Source: Octopus sinensis
Lineage: Eukaryota
Assembly: GCF_006345805.1 (NCBI RefSeq)
Contig: NC_043005.1
Span: 33,294,001-33,358,000 of the forward strand
Length of the DNA stretch: 64,000 bases
Direction of reading: 5' to 3'
Within the stretch, counting starts at the first letter, position 1, and the number at the start of each line of letters is the position of its first letter. Under the pieces are notes generated by a model. It had not been told where the DNA came from. It saw only the letters and a program-made list of their open reading frames with translations, and made no database searches. The translations under genes and the position numbers were made by a program. Positions 1 through 13,127 of this stretch are shown one piece after another.

Positions 1-469
1 CATTTCTACAGCTGAGTGAACTGGAGCAACGTGAAATAAAATATTAAAAACATACAAACATATAAACATATAAATATTAAATATTTAAAACCACGTAAAT
101 ATTTAAAAATATATAGGCTTTTTAAAAATATATAAACGCATAAATAGATACATAAATAGATATAAACAAACGTCGATATGATATAAGATATAGTGAATTA
201 TAAATTCACACTATATGATATAAGATGTTTAAAGACTCGTAGGTATTTAAAAATATTTCAAAAACATTTATAAATATAAATAAATACGCAAGCAAAATAG
301 AAAACATCAATATGATATAAGACATAGTGAATTATTAATTCACACGATAAGATACAAAGGAAAAAAATTTACAAGTTACAACACGGAGTCCAGTGGAAAG
401 TTTGAAATTATAAAACATTAAAAGGACATACCAATATACGAAGATAATGTTCAATGGATCCAAAAGTTT

Positions 470-553
470 CATCGACGGGCCGTTTCGGAGGCGTGTCAGA
501 TATGATATAAATTTAATATTTTAAAGGAAACAGACACACCCTTCATCAGGATG
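470..553 (-). ncRNA. Type I hammerhead ribozyme motif in a PLE terminal repeat
   Basis: Minus strand reads CATC-CTGATGA-A-(stem II, GTGTC/GACAC core)-GAAA-CGGCCC-GTC-GATG. Stem I is CATC/GATG, with a GUC cleavage triplet. Confidence 0.7.
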
Positions 554-1042
554 CTCCTCAATACGAAAGACACAATGAAAACAACATAGAAAAGGGCAGA
601 GAAAAGGACAACTTACATCATTACATCATTGGCCAGAGCCAATTCGAAAAAATCCTATATATGTAACAGAGTTAATTAGTGAGGGATTATCCATCTGGGC
701 AAAATATTTTAGTAGCTTTTTGTTCGTACATCAGGCTAATAATAAGTATAGAACTCCGCTTATACTTGTGGCAGGGTCCGAGGTTAGAGTTCATCATCAT
801 TCTATATTGTAATCCTTGGTTGTGTTCCACTTATACTAGGTGTCACACAGAGTGATATACAAGACAAGGTATAAATAATGCTCATCAATATTTCTCTTTA
901 TTGCAATAAAGAAATTCATACCTTGTCTGGTATATATATATATAACGGGAAGCTTTATGAAAATAGACAAAAGATGAAGGCAGGTGGAAAACAAACAAAC
1001 AATTGTATTAATATGGCGCTCAGGAAATATAAATAAAACAAG

Positions 1043-1080
1043 TCTTTAACGTTTCGAGCCTACGCTCTTCAACAGAAAGA
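1043..1080 (-). ncRNA. Degenerate minimal hammerhead motif at the PLE 3' end
   Basis: TCTTT-CTGTTGA-A-GAGC(GTAG)GCTC-GAAA-CGTT-AAAGA. Stems are intact but core A6 is changed to T. Confidence 0.55.
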
Positions 1081-1243
1081 TACACAGAGAGAAAAAAACA
1101 CAGAAAGAAGGAGAGAAAAAAAATGCGTGCAATAACTAACGAACCAACATGGCGATCTGATTTCGGCCAGAAGTCAAAGATCAAACATGAGACGCGACAG
1201 CGAAATTAGGGGAGATAATAGGGTTGAGTGACCAGCTCCAACA

Positions 1244-1600
1244 TAAGGGTGTGTGTGTATGAGAGAGTATTAGTGCGTATGAGAGGTCTGGACGTGTGTA
1301 TGTATAGGGTTGGTGTATGTATTAGTATGTATTAGTATGTATAAGGGTGTGTGTGTGTGCGTGTGTGTATGAGAGAGTATTAGCGCGTATGAGAGGTCTG
1401 GACGTGTGTATGTATAGGGTTGGTGTATGTATTAGTATGTATTAGTATGTATTAGTACGTATTAGTATGTATAAGGGTGTGTGTGTGTGTGTGTGTATGA
1501 GAGAGTATTAGTGCGTATGAGAGGTCTGGACGTGTGTATGTATAGGGTTGGTGTATGTATTAGTATGTATTAGTATGTATTAGTTGGTGTATGTATTAGT
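1244..1600. repeat. Three tandem copies of a ~100-130-bp composite unit in the PLE 3' region
   Basis: TAAGGGTGTG..GAGAGAGTATTAGTGCGTATGAGAGGTCTGGACGTG..GGTTGGTGTATG(TATTAGTATG)n recurs at ~1244, ~1343 and ~1472. Confidence 0.85.
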
Positions 1601-3771
1601 ATGGCACATCATATATGATGTGATGTGTAAAGTCGTGTGGTTTAGTGTGGAGAGAGGAGAAGAGGGGGGAGGAGAGGGGAGGATATGAGGGGGAGAGGAG
1701 AGGGGGAGGAGATGAGGGGGGAGAGAGGGGAGAGGAAGGGGAGGAGGAAGGAGAAAGAGGGAGAGGGGGAGAGAGAAGGGGAGTGAGGAGCGAGGAAGGG
1801 AGTGAGGGAGCAGAGGGAAGGGGAAGAGGGAAGGAGGGAGGGAGAAAGAGGGAAGAGGGGAAGGGGAGTAGGGGTGAAAGGATGAAGGACTGAAGAAGTA
1901 GGGTTCGGGGGGAAAGGTATGTGAGGGGGGAGAGGGGGGTTAGATGAGGAGGAGGGGGAGAGTTGAGACCAAATGGCGTATAAGAGCGAAGAGAGAAGAT
2001 TAATTCCTGTTCACGGCGCAAACGGGAATCCGGATGGCCTCTGTGTAAGGACAAACCGAACACAGATAGGTGTTGCAGGAGTGACCGGTGGAGCGGAAAT
2101 GGCGAGAGACCGGTGTGTCGTTCGCAGGGGGATGTCACGAAGGTGTTCCGCGAACCGGTCAGCCAAGCGGCGTCCCGTTTGTCCGATGTACAAGGAATGG
2201 CAGAGAGAGCAAGAGACGCAATAGATAATATTGCTGGAGGTGCAGGTGAAGGAGTGGATGATGGGATAGGGTCGATGATGGGTGCTAGTGAGGAGGGTGG
2301 TGGTTGGAGAGGTAAAGGCAAGTGCGGCAACGTGGGCGGGAGCAGGGGAACGAGCCGGGTTGGGAGGTAGGGTCAGGGAAGGAGCTATGGACCAAAAGGT
2401 CTCGAAGGTTATGGGCTCGTTTGAAAGAGGGGAGGGGGTCGGTTAGGGAAGAGGTGTGAAGTGGACGGGTCGACTGGAGATGACGGAAAGCTCGAAGAAT
2501 GGTGCGTTGGAGAGGTAGGGTCGTGGGGTGGTAAGTGAGGGGAAAAGGGAGGCGGGAGACTACAGGGCGAGTTCGGGGAGAGAGAGCAGATACACGGTCC
2601 ACGGACCGTGCTCTGGCAAGGGCGGTGTGGATAGTGGTGGGAGGGGGTATCCACGTAGAGTGAAGTGGTGAGCCATACGTTGAGACTGAGTCTCAAAGTC
2701 ATGGTCGTCACTACAGAGCCTACGTAGACGGAGGAATTGGGAATAGGGGATGGAAAGCTTGGTGTGTTCTGGGTGGGGAGGAAGAGAAGTTGAGGTATGT
2801 GTGAGTCTGTGTGTTTGTAGTGAATGGAGGTGGTAAGAGTGGAGTGAAGAATGCTAACCGAAATGTCGAGGAAGGAGACAGAGGTATTGGAGATAGTGGA
2901 AGTGAAGTGGAGGGCTGAATGGAAAGATTGGACGAAAGAGAGGAAGGAATCTAGATGTTCACGGGAGAGTGAGGTGGCACCGATAATGTCGTCAATGTAA
3001 CGACCATATAGTTCAGGAGTGGGACCAGTGAATTAGAGAAATTTGGGCCTCAACATAGCCAACGAACAGGTTTCGCATAGTTGGGGCCATTCGCGTTCCC
3101 ATGGCCACTCCCGAGACCTGATGGTAGAACTCGCCCGCGAACGAGAAGCAGTTCAGAGTAAGGACAAGTTCGGCCAGACGAATGAGTGTGGAGGTGTCAG
3201 GTACAGGGTTGGAGCGGAGGTCAAGAAAGTGTCGAAGGGCCTGCAGTCCTTCGTGGTGAGGGATAACAGTATAGAGGCTTTGGATACCCATAGTAAAAAG
3301 GATTTTGGAGGAGCCGGGAGGAAGGAGAAAGAGTTGAAAAGCCGGAGAGCATGGTTGGTATCGTGGATGTGGGAGGGAAGAGATGCCACTAGGGTGGCAA
3401 GGACACGGTCGAGGTATTTAGAGATGAGCTCCGTGGGGCAGTTAGAGGCGGAGACGATGGGGCGGCCAGGGTTGTTGGGTTTGTGGATTTTGGGGAGGAA
3501 GTAAATGGTGGGGGTACGTGGGGTTCGCACAATTAGGTTGGAGGCGGTGTGGGGGAGACGGGAGGACGAGATGAGGTCGCGGACAGTAGAGGATACCGTC
3601 TGTTGGTAGCTACGTGTGGGGTTAGAGGGCAGAGGGGAGTAGAAGGAGGTGTCATTGAGTTGGCGGAAAGCCTCGGCCCTATAGAGTTGGGCCTCAACAT
3701 AGAGTTGACATGATAATAATAATCGATGTCCCGCTAGATATATCTAGCTGGACATCCTCTTCTTTATGCAT

Positions 3772-3876
3772 GTACCTGATGTGACACAAACTGCACAGAT
3801 TTAGGCAACACTATTAGATGCACAAAACCCTACCCATCACAAACAGTTGCAGGATGGGCCGAAACGATCGTCGTAC
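3772..3876 (+). ncRNA. Partial hammerhead-like motif next to the PLE 5' truncation
   Basis: GTAC-CTGATGT...GAAA-CGATCG-TC-GTAC. Stem I is GTAC/GTAC and stem III is the palindrome ACGATCGT, but A9 is T and stem II is poor. Confidence 0.45.
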
Positions 3877-4359
3877 TGAATAACGACTAGAGCTAAATCT
3901 ACCGTTTCTCTCGCCAATTATCATTATTGTGTATGCGTGAGTGTAAGTAGGTAGCTTTATACTTATAATATGTACCTATGCATGTGCCTGTGTATATTCC
4001 CAACACAAACATACACACATACACTCACACATATATTCAATTAGACACCTACACGTGTCCGTACAGTTTTTTTTTTGTTTTTTTTTTAACGTTCTGGGAT
4101 ATTTATTCCAAGAAGATTCCAAACACCGGCAAAAGTCTAGAGTAGTTTGGTTAGCAAGAAGTGTAAAGACGTAGCCAGTGCCAGGCTGCAAAAAGCTGAG
4201 CCGAAGTGAAGAGTTTCTTTCTCCCCGAATGTGTTAAAGACGGGCAGAGAGCCAAGAGAAGCTTAAATGGAAACATCAGAGATTAATTAATTGGTTCTTG
4301 TGTTTGTTTGATTTACACTCAGACACACACACACACACATATTTAAACACTCAGAAATA

Positions 4360-4427
<68 letters not shown>

Positions 4428-4439
4428 GTGTGTGTGTGT

Positions 4440-4478
<39 letters not shown>

Positions 4479-4502
4479 TATATATATATAATATATATAT
4501 AA

Positions 4503-4550
<48 letters not shown>

Positions 4551-4551
4551 A

Positions 4552-4604
<53 letters not shown>

Positions 4605-4945
4605 TATGTGTGTGTGTGTGTTGTGTGGTGTATGTATGTATGTATGTATGCATGTATGTATGAATGTATGTATGTATGTATGTATGTATGTATGCTTGTA
4701 TGTACATACACATACATATACATACATATACATACATGTATATGCACATACCCACATATACACATACACACACATACACTTGCACACACGCACGCGCAGA
4801 CGCACATACACCTACAAACATATACAGTAAGATGCACACGCGCGTGTATACACTTCGAGGACTTGACCCACCATTAAACAGAAATGTATAAGTAAAGTTA
4901 TGTACTTTAGTGGTTATACACGTATATATAGGAATATTTATTATA

Positions 4946-5292
4946 GGCGTAGGAATGGCTGTGTGGTAAGAAACTTGCTTCCCAACCACATGGTTCCGGG
5001 TTCAGTCCCACTGTGTGGCACCTTGGGCAAGTGTCATCTACTATAGCCTCGGACCGAGGATTTGGCGGACAGAAACTGAAAGAAACCCGTTTGTATATGT
5101 GTGTTTGTGTTTGTGTCTGTGTCTGTCCCCGCACCATCGCTTGACAACCGGTGTCGGTGTATTTAAGTCCCCGTGACCTTAGCGGTTCGGCAAAAGAGAA
5201 TAGGTATTAGACTTACGAAGAATAAGTCCTGGAGCCGATTTGTTCAACTAAAGGCGGTGCGCCAGCATGGCCGCAATTAAATGACTGAAAAG
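4946..5292 (+). mobile_element. tRNA-derived SINE (family A)
   Basis: A-box TGGCTGTGTGG and B-box GGTTCAGTCCC. Homologous copies at ~8585-8950 (-), ~56420-56830 (+) and ~62985-63405 (-). Confidence 0.85.
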
Positions 5293-5336
5293 AATATGTA
5301 AATATATGACACACACGCACAGACAGACAGACAGAC

Positions 5337-5337
<1 letters not shown>

Positions 5338-5383
<46 letters not shown>

Positions 5384-5393
5384 ATAGATAGAT
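5338..5393. repeat. (GATA)n microsatellite at the Tx1 3' junction
   Basis: Direct reading; it is preceded by (GACA)n. Confidence 0.95.
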
Positions 5394-5468
5394 ATGTTTC
5401 TTTATTAGCCACACGGCTGCACACACAGATAGAAAATTACAAGGTAGAGCTTTTCTTTTGAAGGTTTA

Positions 5469-5500
<32 letters not shown>

Positions 5501-7407
5501 AAATAAAAATAAAATAGAAAAGGGGGGGTCGATCAAAGGGATCGTAAAAGGAGAGAAAGAGGACAAAAAAAGGGGGGTTAAAAAAAAAAAAAAGGGGGAG
5601 AGGAAAAAAATTGATCAATAGGGATCGTTATCACAGAAATGTCAATATGAAGTGTAAAGGAGGGGACAGGTGAGGTTTACCGTGGAAAGAAAAGCCTACG
5701 GAAAAGACCACGGTACCTCGGTCAATGAAGTCACATGTTATATTTCTTTTTTTTTTTTTTTTTTGCAAATAAGCAACTCTCTGTATTAATTTTACGGTTC
5801 ATAGAATCATAGTCAAGGTGGCTTCGTCATTCATACGTGCCATCCTTGCTACATACATTCACCCATCTTTTTTTAAAACATTCACTAGACAAAACTTGCT
5901 CTCTACTCTCACTTTTTTCTTCAAGTGATACTTGAGAAGTTGATGAGAGATTGACCAGAGAGGAAAGTGTTGTCTCTAATCCTTTCAGACGCGTCCACCA
6001 GATACATTCTTTCGCCATAGCCACAAGTATGATAAAAATAGCTCTTCCTTCCCGTTTGAAGGAAGGAGGCGTGACGATATTAACGATAGACTCGGCTGAT
6101 AAACCGACACGTCCCACACGTGACAGCAGTCGTTCGACATAAGCCCACAGTGGGAAATTGCTGGACACTGCACGATTGCGTGCAGAGCGGTTTCGTCGCT
6201 CTGCCGCATCTCGGGCAGGTCGGCCCCGTGTTTCTCGAGCCATGCCTATAGAGCTTATCCCGAACGGGTAGCGCTTCTCGGTAGCACCGCCAGGCCAGGG
6301 ATCTCTGGAAGTTGTCCATAGGTCCCGGGCCGAAAGTCGTTTGAAACAGGCGGGTCAGGTATTCCTCGTCGACGCCCAGGTTTGCCCCGAGCTCGTCGTC
6401 GTACCTCCCCTCCACTAATCCCCTATAGAATGCTTTGGTTGTGTTGAAGTCACTCAAGTCGACCCGGGACGGCAGAGTTGCTTGAGAGCAACGCGACACT
6501 CGCGGTGCCATTCGCCCTTCTTCGCCTCTTTTGATCTACGACTGTATTTCGGTCATGGAGACGAGTTGCGGAATGCGTGCTCACAAACGCGACCACACCT
6601 GTTCACCGTCGTCTACATAGAGCCGGAGATGTCGCAGTCTCAGCGCGTGTCTGCGCATCATCAACACGGCATGCCCAGCCCCCTTTTAACGGGTGTTGAC
6701 AGCAAATGGATCGCCTGACCATCGGGACGCATCCTTTCCACAAGAAGCGGAAGAGGATGCGTTCTAGTTTGGTGATGGTAGGGTCGGGACAAGGTACGAC
6801 GGTCAGGCGGTAGTAGATGATGGACGCGATGTACGCGTTCACCACCTCCGCCCGACCTATTAGGGACAGTTTCCTCTCGGCCCATTGCTGGGCGAGAGTG
6901 ACCACCCTACTCGTTATCTCGTTCCAGTTCTTCTCCATTTGAATGTCCGGACCGAACCAGACCCCGAGCAACTCAACCGGGCCGTCTGTCCAGCGTCCCA
7001 CGACGAGATCCTGGTGGACGGCATGGGCTTGCTTCTCCAGGTGCCGAGCCGCCAAGCCCCTGACTTTGCGCCCGTTAGTCGTTTTGTCTCCGGTCTGTAT
7101 CTCGCCGTCTGTCGGTCTACGGCTCTCGCCGACCTGCTGCTCTGTGGGCTTGACACTATGACGGTGACGTCGTCCGCGTATGCAGACACGCGTCGTCCGC
7201 ATCCTAATTCTCGCGGGATGCCCCTCAGAGTCGCCAGCTTCCGCAGTAGTGGCTCAAGAGTCAATACGTATAGAAGCGCCGAGAGGGGGCATCCCTGACG
7301 GACCGAACGTGCAATGTCGAAGGGTCTCGATAGATGTCCATTTACGCGAATTACCGAACGGATGCCTCTGTACAAGGCAGCTATCCAGCCGCGGAAGACG
7401 GGCCCCG

Positions 7408-7409
<2 letters not shown>
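5394..7409 (-). mobile_element. 5'-truncated Tx1/L1-clade LINE (RT, C-terminal zinc finger, 3' UTR with AATAAA)
   Basis: SVRQGCPLSALLYVLTLEPLLRKL, VSAYADDVTVIV, VELLGVWFGPD and LPVRDKLYRHG..TCPRCG. The 3' end reads GGCTAATAAAGAAACA followed by (TATC)n. Confidence 0.93.
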
Positions 7410-7440
<31 letters not shown>

Positions 7441-7475
7441 GATAGATAGATAGATATAGATAGATAGATAGATAG
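7410..7475. repeat. (GATA)n microsatellite at the Tx1 5' truncation point
   Basis: RT sequence ends ...GGCCCCGAA and runs directly into GATAGATA... Confidence 0.95.
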
Positions 7476-7529
7476 ATATACATATATGCATATAGAGTAT
7501 GCTTATACATGAGTATGTATGTGTATATA

Positions 7530-7597
<68 letters not shown>

Positions 7598-7618
7598 TCT
7601 GTTTATATATGTGATTTA

Positions 7619-7649
<31 letters not shown>

Positions 7650-8353
7650 ATAAATATATATATACATTTACATCTATATATATATATATATATATATATA
7701 TTTACATTATATATATTATATAGATATATATATATATATATAAACATACTTACATTACATAATTACATATACGGGGTGTGCCGGTGCGTGTATCTAAATA
7801 CATACAGAAACACATACACACAAACACACACACATACATAAACTTATACATACCAATGGTAATTACCATTTTATTTTTACTTTCAATTTCTCGGGGAATC
7901 TATCCGTCCGTCCAGAGACTCGAGTGAAGATTAAATCTTAGCGAAACACATGAAAATCACTGCCAAAAATAACGATTCTCTAATTAGAAATGAGGTCGCC
8001 AAAGTTGGAATCGAAACCGGACTGAAGCATTCCTTTCTCAAAAAAATTACCACCTACCATTCAAAAAGTTGGCCCGACGATATTTTGGCAATAACACCTT
8101 AATTAGGACAAAAATTCTTCGGGAATTATGAAACAAGTGAAATTAGAATCCTCGAAGTTATTTGTGGACTACATGAAGTAATTTTAACTTGGAATCGAAC
8201 TCTGCGCAGTATCCTTCACTTGTAACTAGGAGCGGTACCACCCGCTAGGTAAACTGAGCAATGGCCAGGGTGGGGACATAGCACAGATTCTGAACAACCT
8301 AAAATTTTTTAATCTAGCCAAAGAACACGAAATTTCAGTAATAAAGAGAGCGT

Positions 8354-8435
<82 letters not shown>

Positions 8436-8584
8436 GAAAATTGTCTAGAATAATCCTTAAGTTTATCCAGTGGTGTGAAAACTCCAAGAATTTTGATAAA
8501 ATATTCTGGATGAATTAATAGACCGTGCGAATGTTTGATATATGTAAGTGTATATTTATGTATCTAATTACATATTCTTTTATT

Positions 8585-8949
8585 CTTTTACTTGTTTCAG
8601 TCATTTGACTGCAGCCATGAAGGGTTTTAGTCGAAAAAATCGACCAAGGACTTATTTCTTAAGCCTAGTACTTAATCTATCTGCTCCTTTTACCGAACCG
8701 CTAAGTTACGGAGACGTAAGTACACCAACACCAGTTGTCAAGCGGTGATGGAGGGACAAACACACACACACATGTTAACATATATTCGGTGGGCTTCTCT
8801 CAGTTTCCGTCTACCAAATCCACTCACAAGCATTTGGTCGGCCCGAGGCTACAGTACAAAACACTTGTCCTAGGTGCCACGCAGTAAAACTGAACCCAGA
8901 ACCATGTGGTTGGGAAGCAAGCTTCTTACCAAACAGTCACGCCTGCACC

Positions 8950-8950
<1 letters not shown>
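8585..8950 (-). mobile_element. tRNA-derived SINE (family A)
   Basis: Reverse-complement homology to 4946-5292. Confidence 0.85.
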
Positions 8951-8993
<43 letters not shown>

Positions 8994-9780
8994 GTTAAGA
9001 AGCTCGCTTAGCAATCACGTAGTTTCAAGTTCAGTCCCACTGCATGGTACCTTGAACTTCGGAGGATGATGGGAAAGAAGGAGAAAGGTTTCTTCAAACC
9101 AGAGACCTTGTTCGAATACATGGAACGGAGTAGAGCTCTCCACTAAAGATGCCAAAGTGTTAGGGGTTGGCCCTGAGACGGGCGATGGGCTCAGTTTTCT
9201 GTTGGTTTTGCTTACCAGAATTGGATATTTCAAATTGGCTATGCTACACAGGAATGACTGCTTTCTTTTTTCAAAAGATCACTAAACCAAGCATGTGGCT
9301 GTATTGTTTATGGATGACATCTATGGCAGTAGTATTAAGTATAAAAGCAAAAGTAATGTTGTCGTTGGGGGCGGGGTATTGCTATTATTGTTGTTAATGT
9401 TGCAGTTCTTACAGTTGTGGTATTGTTTAGCCAACCCTGATGAACACACAGTCAAAGATGTTCCATTTATAACCAGCTTAGCAATTCTTTTCTGGCATAG
9501 GCTATCTTGGACTTCATATTATAATATGTTCTTGTTTGTTATGATAGATTTTATGATTCGGCTGCTATTTCTAGTAGGTCAAACGACCATGTTAACTCTT
9601 GTAGGCCCCAGTACATGCTATAGAATGTTCTAGAAATGTTCTAAATAGAAAAATTTATGTTGGTATGCTGAGAGTTGTGCTGCAAGAATATGTGTATAAA
9701 TATTTACTAAACTAAACAGGATGTACAGAAATGACTGCGTGAAGGTCAATCAGTAACAAAGAGAATAAGGTATATATTTT

Positions 9781-9880
9781 NNNNNNNNNNNNNNNNNNNN
9801 NNNNNNNNNNNNNNNNNNNNNNNNNNNNNNNNNNNNNNNNNNNNNNNNNNNNNNNNNNNNNNNNNNNNNNNNNNNNNNNN
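9781..9880. other. Assembly gap (100 N)
   Basis: Run of N. Confidence 1.
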
Positions 9881-11296
9881 GAACTCTGATTTCCAGTCCC
9901 ATGAAAGATGTTCTCACTTTCTACTTGCTTCGCATAACACTCTTTGTTTATCATGATTGACAGTGTAATCAACCTTACACTGTAATGCCAACATCCATAT
10001 CTATACACACACAAACATCTTTCCGCATAATTACCTGCTTTATTTTCTTTATAACTGTATACATATACCTCGTAACAGTGTTAACTAAAACATTATTTCT
10101 ATCTTACGCATTGTAAAGTTTTAAATACCACGTACATGCTACAATATTTTTTAATATTATTCACTTGTTCATGTGTAAAATATAACTGATATGTAATGAT
10201 AGATATATGGAAACACATCAGTTATTGTTAGATCATTCATATCAAACAACACAGCCTCTTGCGTCTACTTCTTACCTCTTGCCTTCTACCTCATTACCAT
10301 GAACCCAATAAGATGTATGCATACCTCTACAAATGTACATACATCCATTCATACTTTTAAATATCCATATATATATATATATATATATTGTCGCACCGAC
10401 ATCCAACACAGGTTATACACCATCAGTACACTTCCAGACTCCTGTACTAGGAGTGCACATGCGTGCGCCCACACGCACTCACAGAAAGGAAACTGCATCC
10501 ATGCAGATAAACCAGAGCACATATTCATCTAGACAGAGAAAATGTATATCACACGCATTTACATAGAGGAAACGCGCTAAACAATATTACATACAATACG
10601 TAAGACCCTTTTAATCCTAAACTTAGCCCTTACAGAAGCGCGCATACATAGAAACACGCACACAAAGGCACAAATGCGTTCAAACACAGACATATTCACA
10701 AACATTTTTCTGTAGAGAGACAAAATTTTCTCCTTGTAGATTTATTACAAGTCTGTTGGTTCGTAAATTATAGTGAGACAGAAACTGAGGAGAATCAAAA
10801 AGAAAATACAGGCGGCCATCTTGACACACGTCATAGACGGTAGAAAAATTGGGAAAATGAAAAATAAAAAGGAAGGAAAGAAACAAACAAACAAACAGTA
10901 GTGTGTAATCATGGGGGAATTTGAAGGAAAGTTGTTTGTTTTGAGATGCTAAGTTTGATGTTTGTTGGTTTGTTTGTTGTTATTGTTGTTTATTATTATT
11001 TTACTCGAAGACCACATATACACACACATACCCATTCACACAAAGATAAGACACACATACGCATGCGCACACACATACACACACACATCCACTCACAAAT
11101 CCCACAATTCATTTACTGATTATTATCAAACTATATCATCGACTCGCGTTCTTTTCATCAACCACCCCACTCTCTACCATCATCTTCGTTCAACCTGCGT
11201 TCCAAACATGTATACGAGATAATTCGCTCAGTAAGTTACTCTAACTTAGTAATAGATAGATACATACGCACATAAATACATACATACATACATACA

Positions 11297-11328
<32 letters not shown>

Positions 11329-12045
11329 ATGCTTTTGTACATGTGCACGCACGCACATTCATACACATCCACGAACACATACGTACACAAACACGCATTT
11401 AAAGCTAATGATACGTGCTTGTGTCCGTGTACATGATAAATTGTTAGCAGAGGCCAAAAAACGTATACATAATATTAATATGTATATGTAAATTATATGA
11501 ATGTGAAAGCAAGCACAGTATATCCACCAACATCCGCATCTATACACTTACACAACATACACATAGATGTGGTATTCAGTTTTAGTTATTTTCTTGCAGT
11601 TTCGTTCATTGTGGTAGGAGGAATCCTAACAAAAACACGTCATTTTTATGTCCTTTTGTTTTGTTTTTTTAGGGGTTTTTTTTCCGATTTCATTTGTTTA
11701 TTTCTTTTGCTTGGGATGTAAAAGTGTACCCAGGTATTCTTGCCTTGTCTTTACCCTTTACTCACTCGTTGTTTTATTTATATGTTGTTTTGTGGGAGTT
11801 GTTTAAGGGGATGGCCTTCGTTTATTTATCTTCTTTTGGTGGGATTCTGGTTTCTTTTCAGCGTATATATGGGAGTATATAATTGTGTATGTATCTGTAT
11901 GCGTCTATGAGTCCTCTGTGTGTGTGTGTGTGTGTGGTGTGTGTGTATGTGTGTGTGGAAGGAAGAGAGAGTGAGAGTCTATATATAATTGTTTAAGTAC
12001 CTGTATTTGTCTGAGTCCTGTGTGTGTGTGTGTGTGGGTGTGTGT

Positions 12046-12111
<66 letters not shown>

Positions 12112-12363
12112 GAGAGATGGAGAGAGTCTGTATATGCGCGCGTGTGTATGTGTGAATCTGTATGTATGTATGAGTTTTCACGCCCAAAAACTTAAGAGCA
12201 AGGAAATCTAGATCTGCACCAATCGCTGAAGGAACTTCAGCCGAAATTTGGATTAAAGGGGAAAAAAATTTGTGGGGCTTTTTGGAGGATACTAAGATAA
12301 ATGGGTTTGTATCATTAACCGTGATGTGCGTGTGTGTTTGTGTGCATGTCCATGTATATACAT

Positions 12364-12451
<88 letters not shown>

Positions 12452-13127
12452 CATACGAAACTACAATCAAGGATATGTGTGTGTGAGAGAGAAGAGGGAA
12501 TGTGTGTATGGGTGTGCGTTTGTGTGCGTGTGTATATCATATTCTGTTCGTTATATATATTCGTCCCTTTCTAAGCTTTGTTAAAAACATTAATATTTGT
12601 TACTCACAAGGCAGCAATTTTAGGGAGAGGAATCTGCCGATACTCTCTACCCCCAGTACATGACTGGTATTTTATTTTATCGGCCAGGAAGAATGAAAGG
12701 TAAAACTGAATTTTGGCAGGATTTTAAATGAGAACACATACCACAAGATATTTTTTTCGACGCACTAATGATTCTGCCAATGCTGTGCCGATATTAGTAA
12801 CTTCAGTTTTTGACGAGTATCATATCTTATCGATCCCGGGGAGATGAAAGGAAAAGTTGCCCTCGGCGAGTTTGGACTCAGAAGGTGAAGAACCAAAACC
12901 AGAATCATAAAACACTTTTTGAGATGCTCTGAGAAACTATTGAAGATCCAGCAGTGCTCTCGAACCCACTCACATAAGGATGTGCAGGCACACAGCTATA
13001 GTTGGATCCTATCAATGCAATAATGTGTATAGTAGGTGAAGCGCTCGACAATTACAAGTTGATACTAATGCGCAGAAACGATTGTAATGATTTGGATAAA
13101 AGCATATTCAGTTCATCTTCTTGTATT

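Larger units (their letters stand above)
940..3720 (-). mobile_element. 5'-truncated Penelope-like retroelement (Poseidon/Neptune type), frameshifted RT plus GIY-YIG endonuclease, with CT-rich 3' region and terminal repeat
   Basis: Translated motifs TPTIYFLPKIHKPNNPGRPIVSA, GVAMGTRMAP, GRYIDDIIG (~2980-3005), LPFPLTYHP..FKRAHNLRDLLVHSS and YIGQTGRRLADRFAEHLRDI. Confidence 0.92.

Noticed and set aside
1645-3504. Plus-strand Gly/Glu/Arg-rich ORFs
   Set aside because: They are antisense shadows of the Penelope ORF and its CT-rich 3' region.
4298-4989. Long ORFs of YI/CV/HT repeats here and at ~12000, 39000, 42400, 51300 and 63550
   Set aside because: They are translations of (TA)n, (CA)n and (TACA)n microsatellites, which lack stop codons.
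4946-5020. tRNA-like A/B boxes
   Set aside because: These are SINE heads; there is no complete cloverleaf and they continue into a SINE body.
9712-10014. ORF spanning the N run
   Set aside because: Artefact of the assembly gap.
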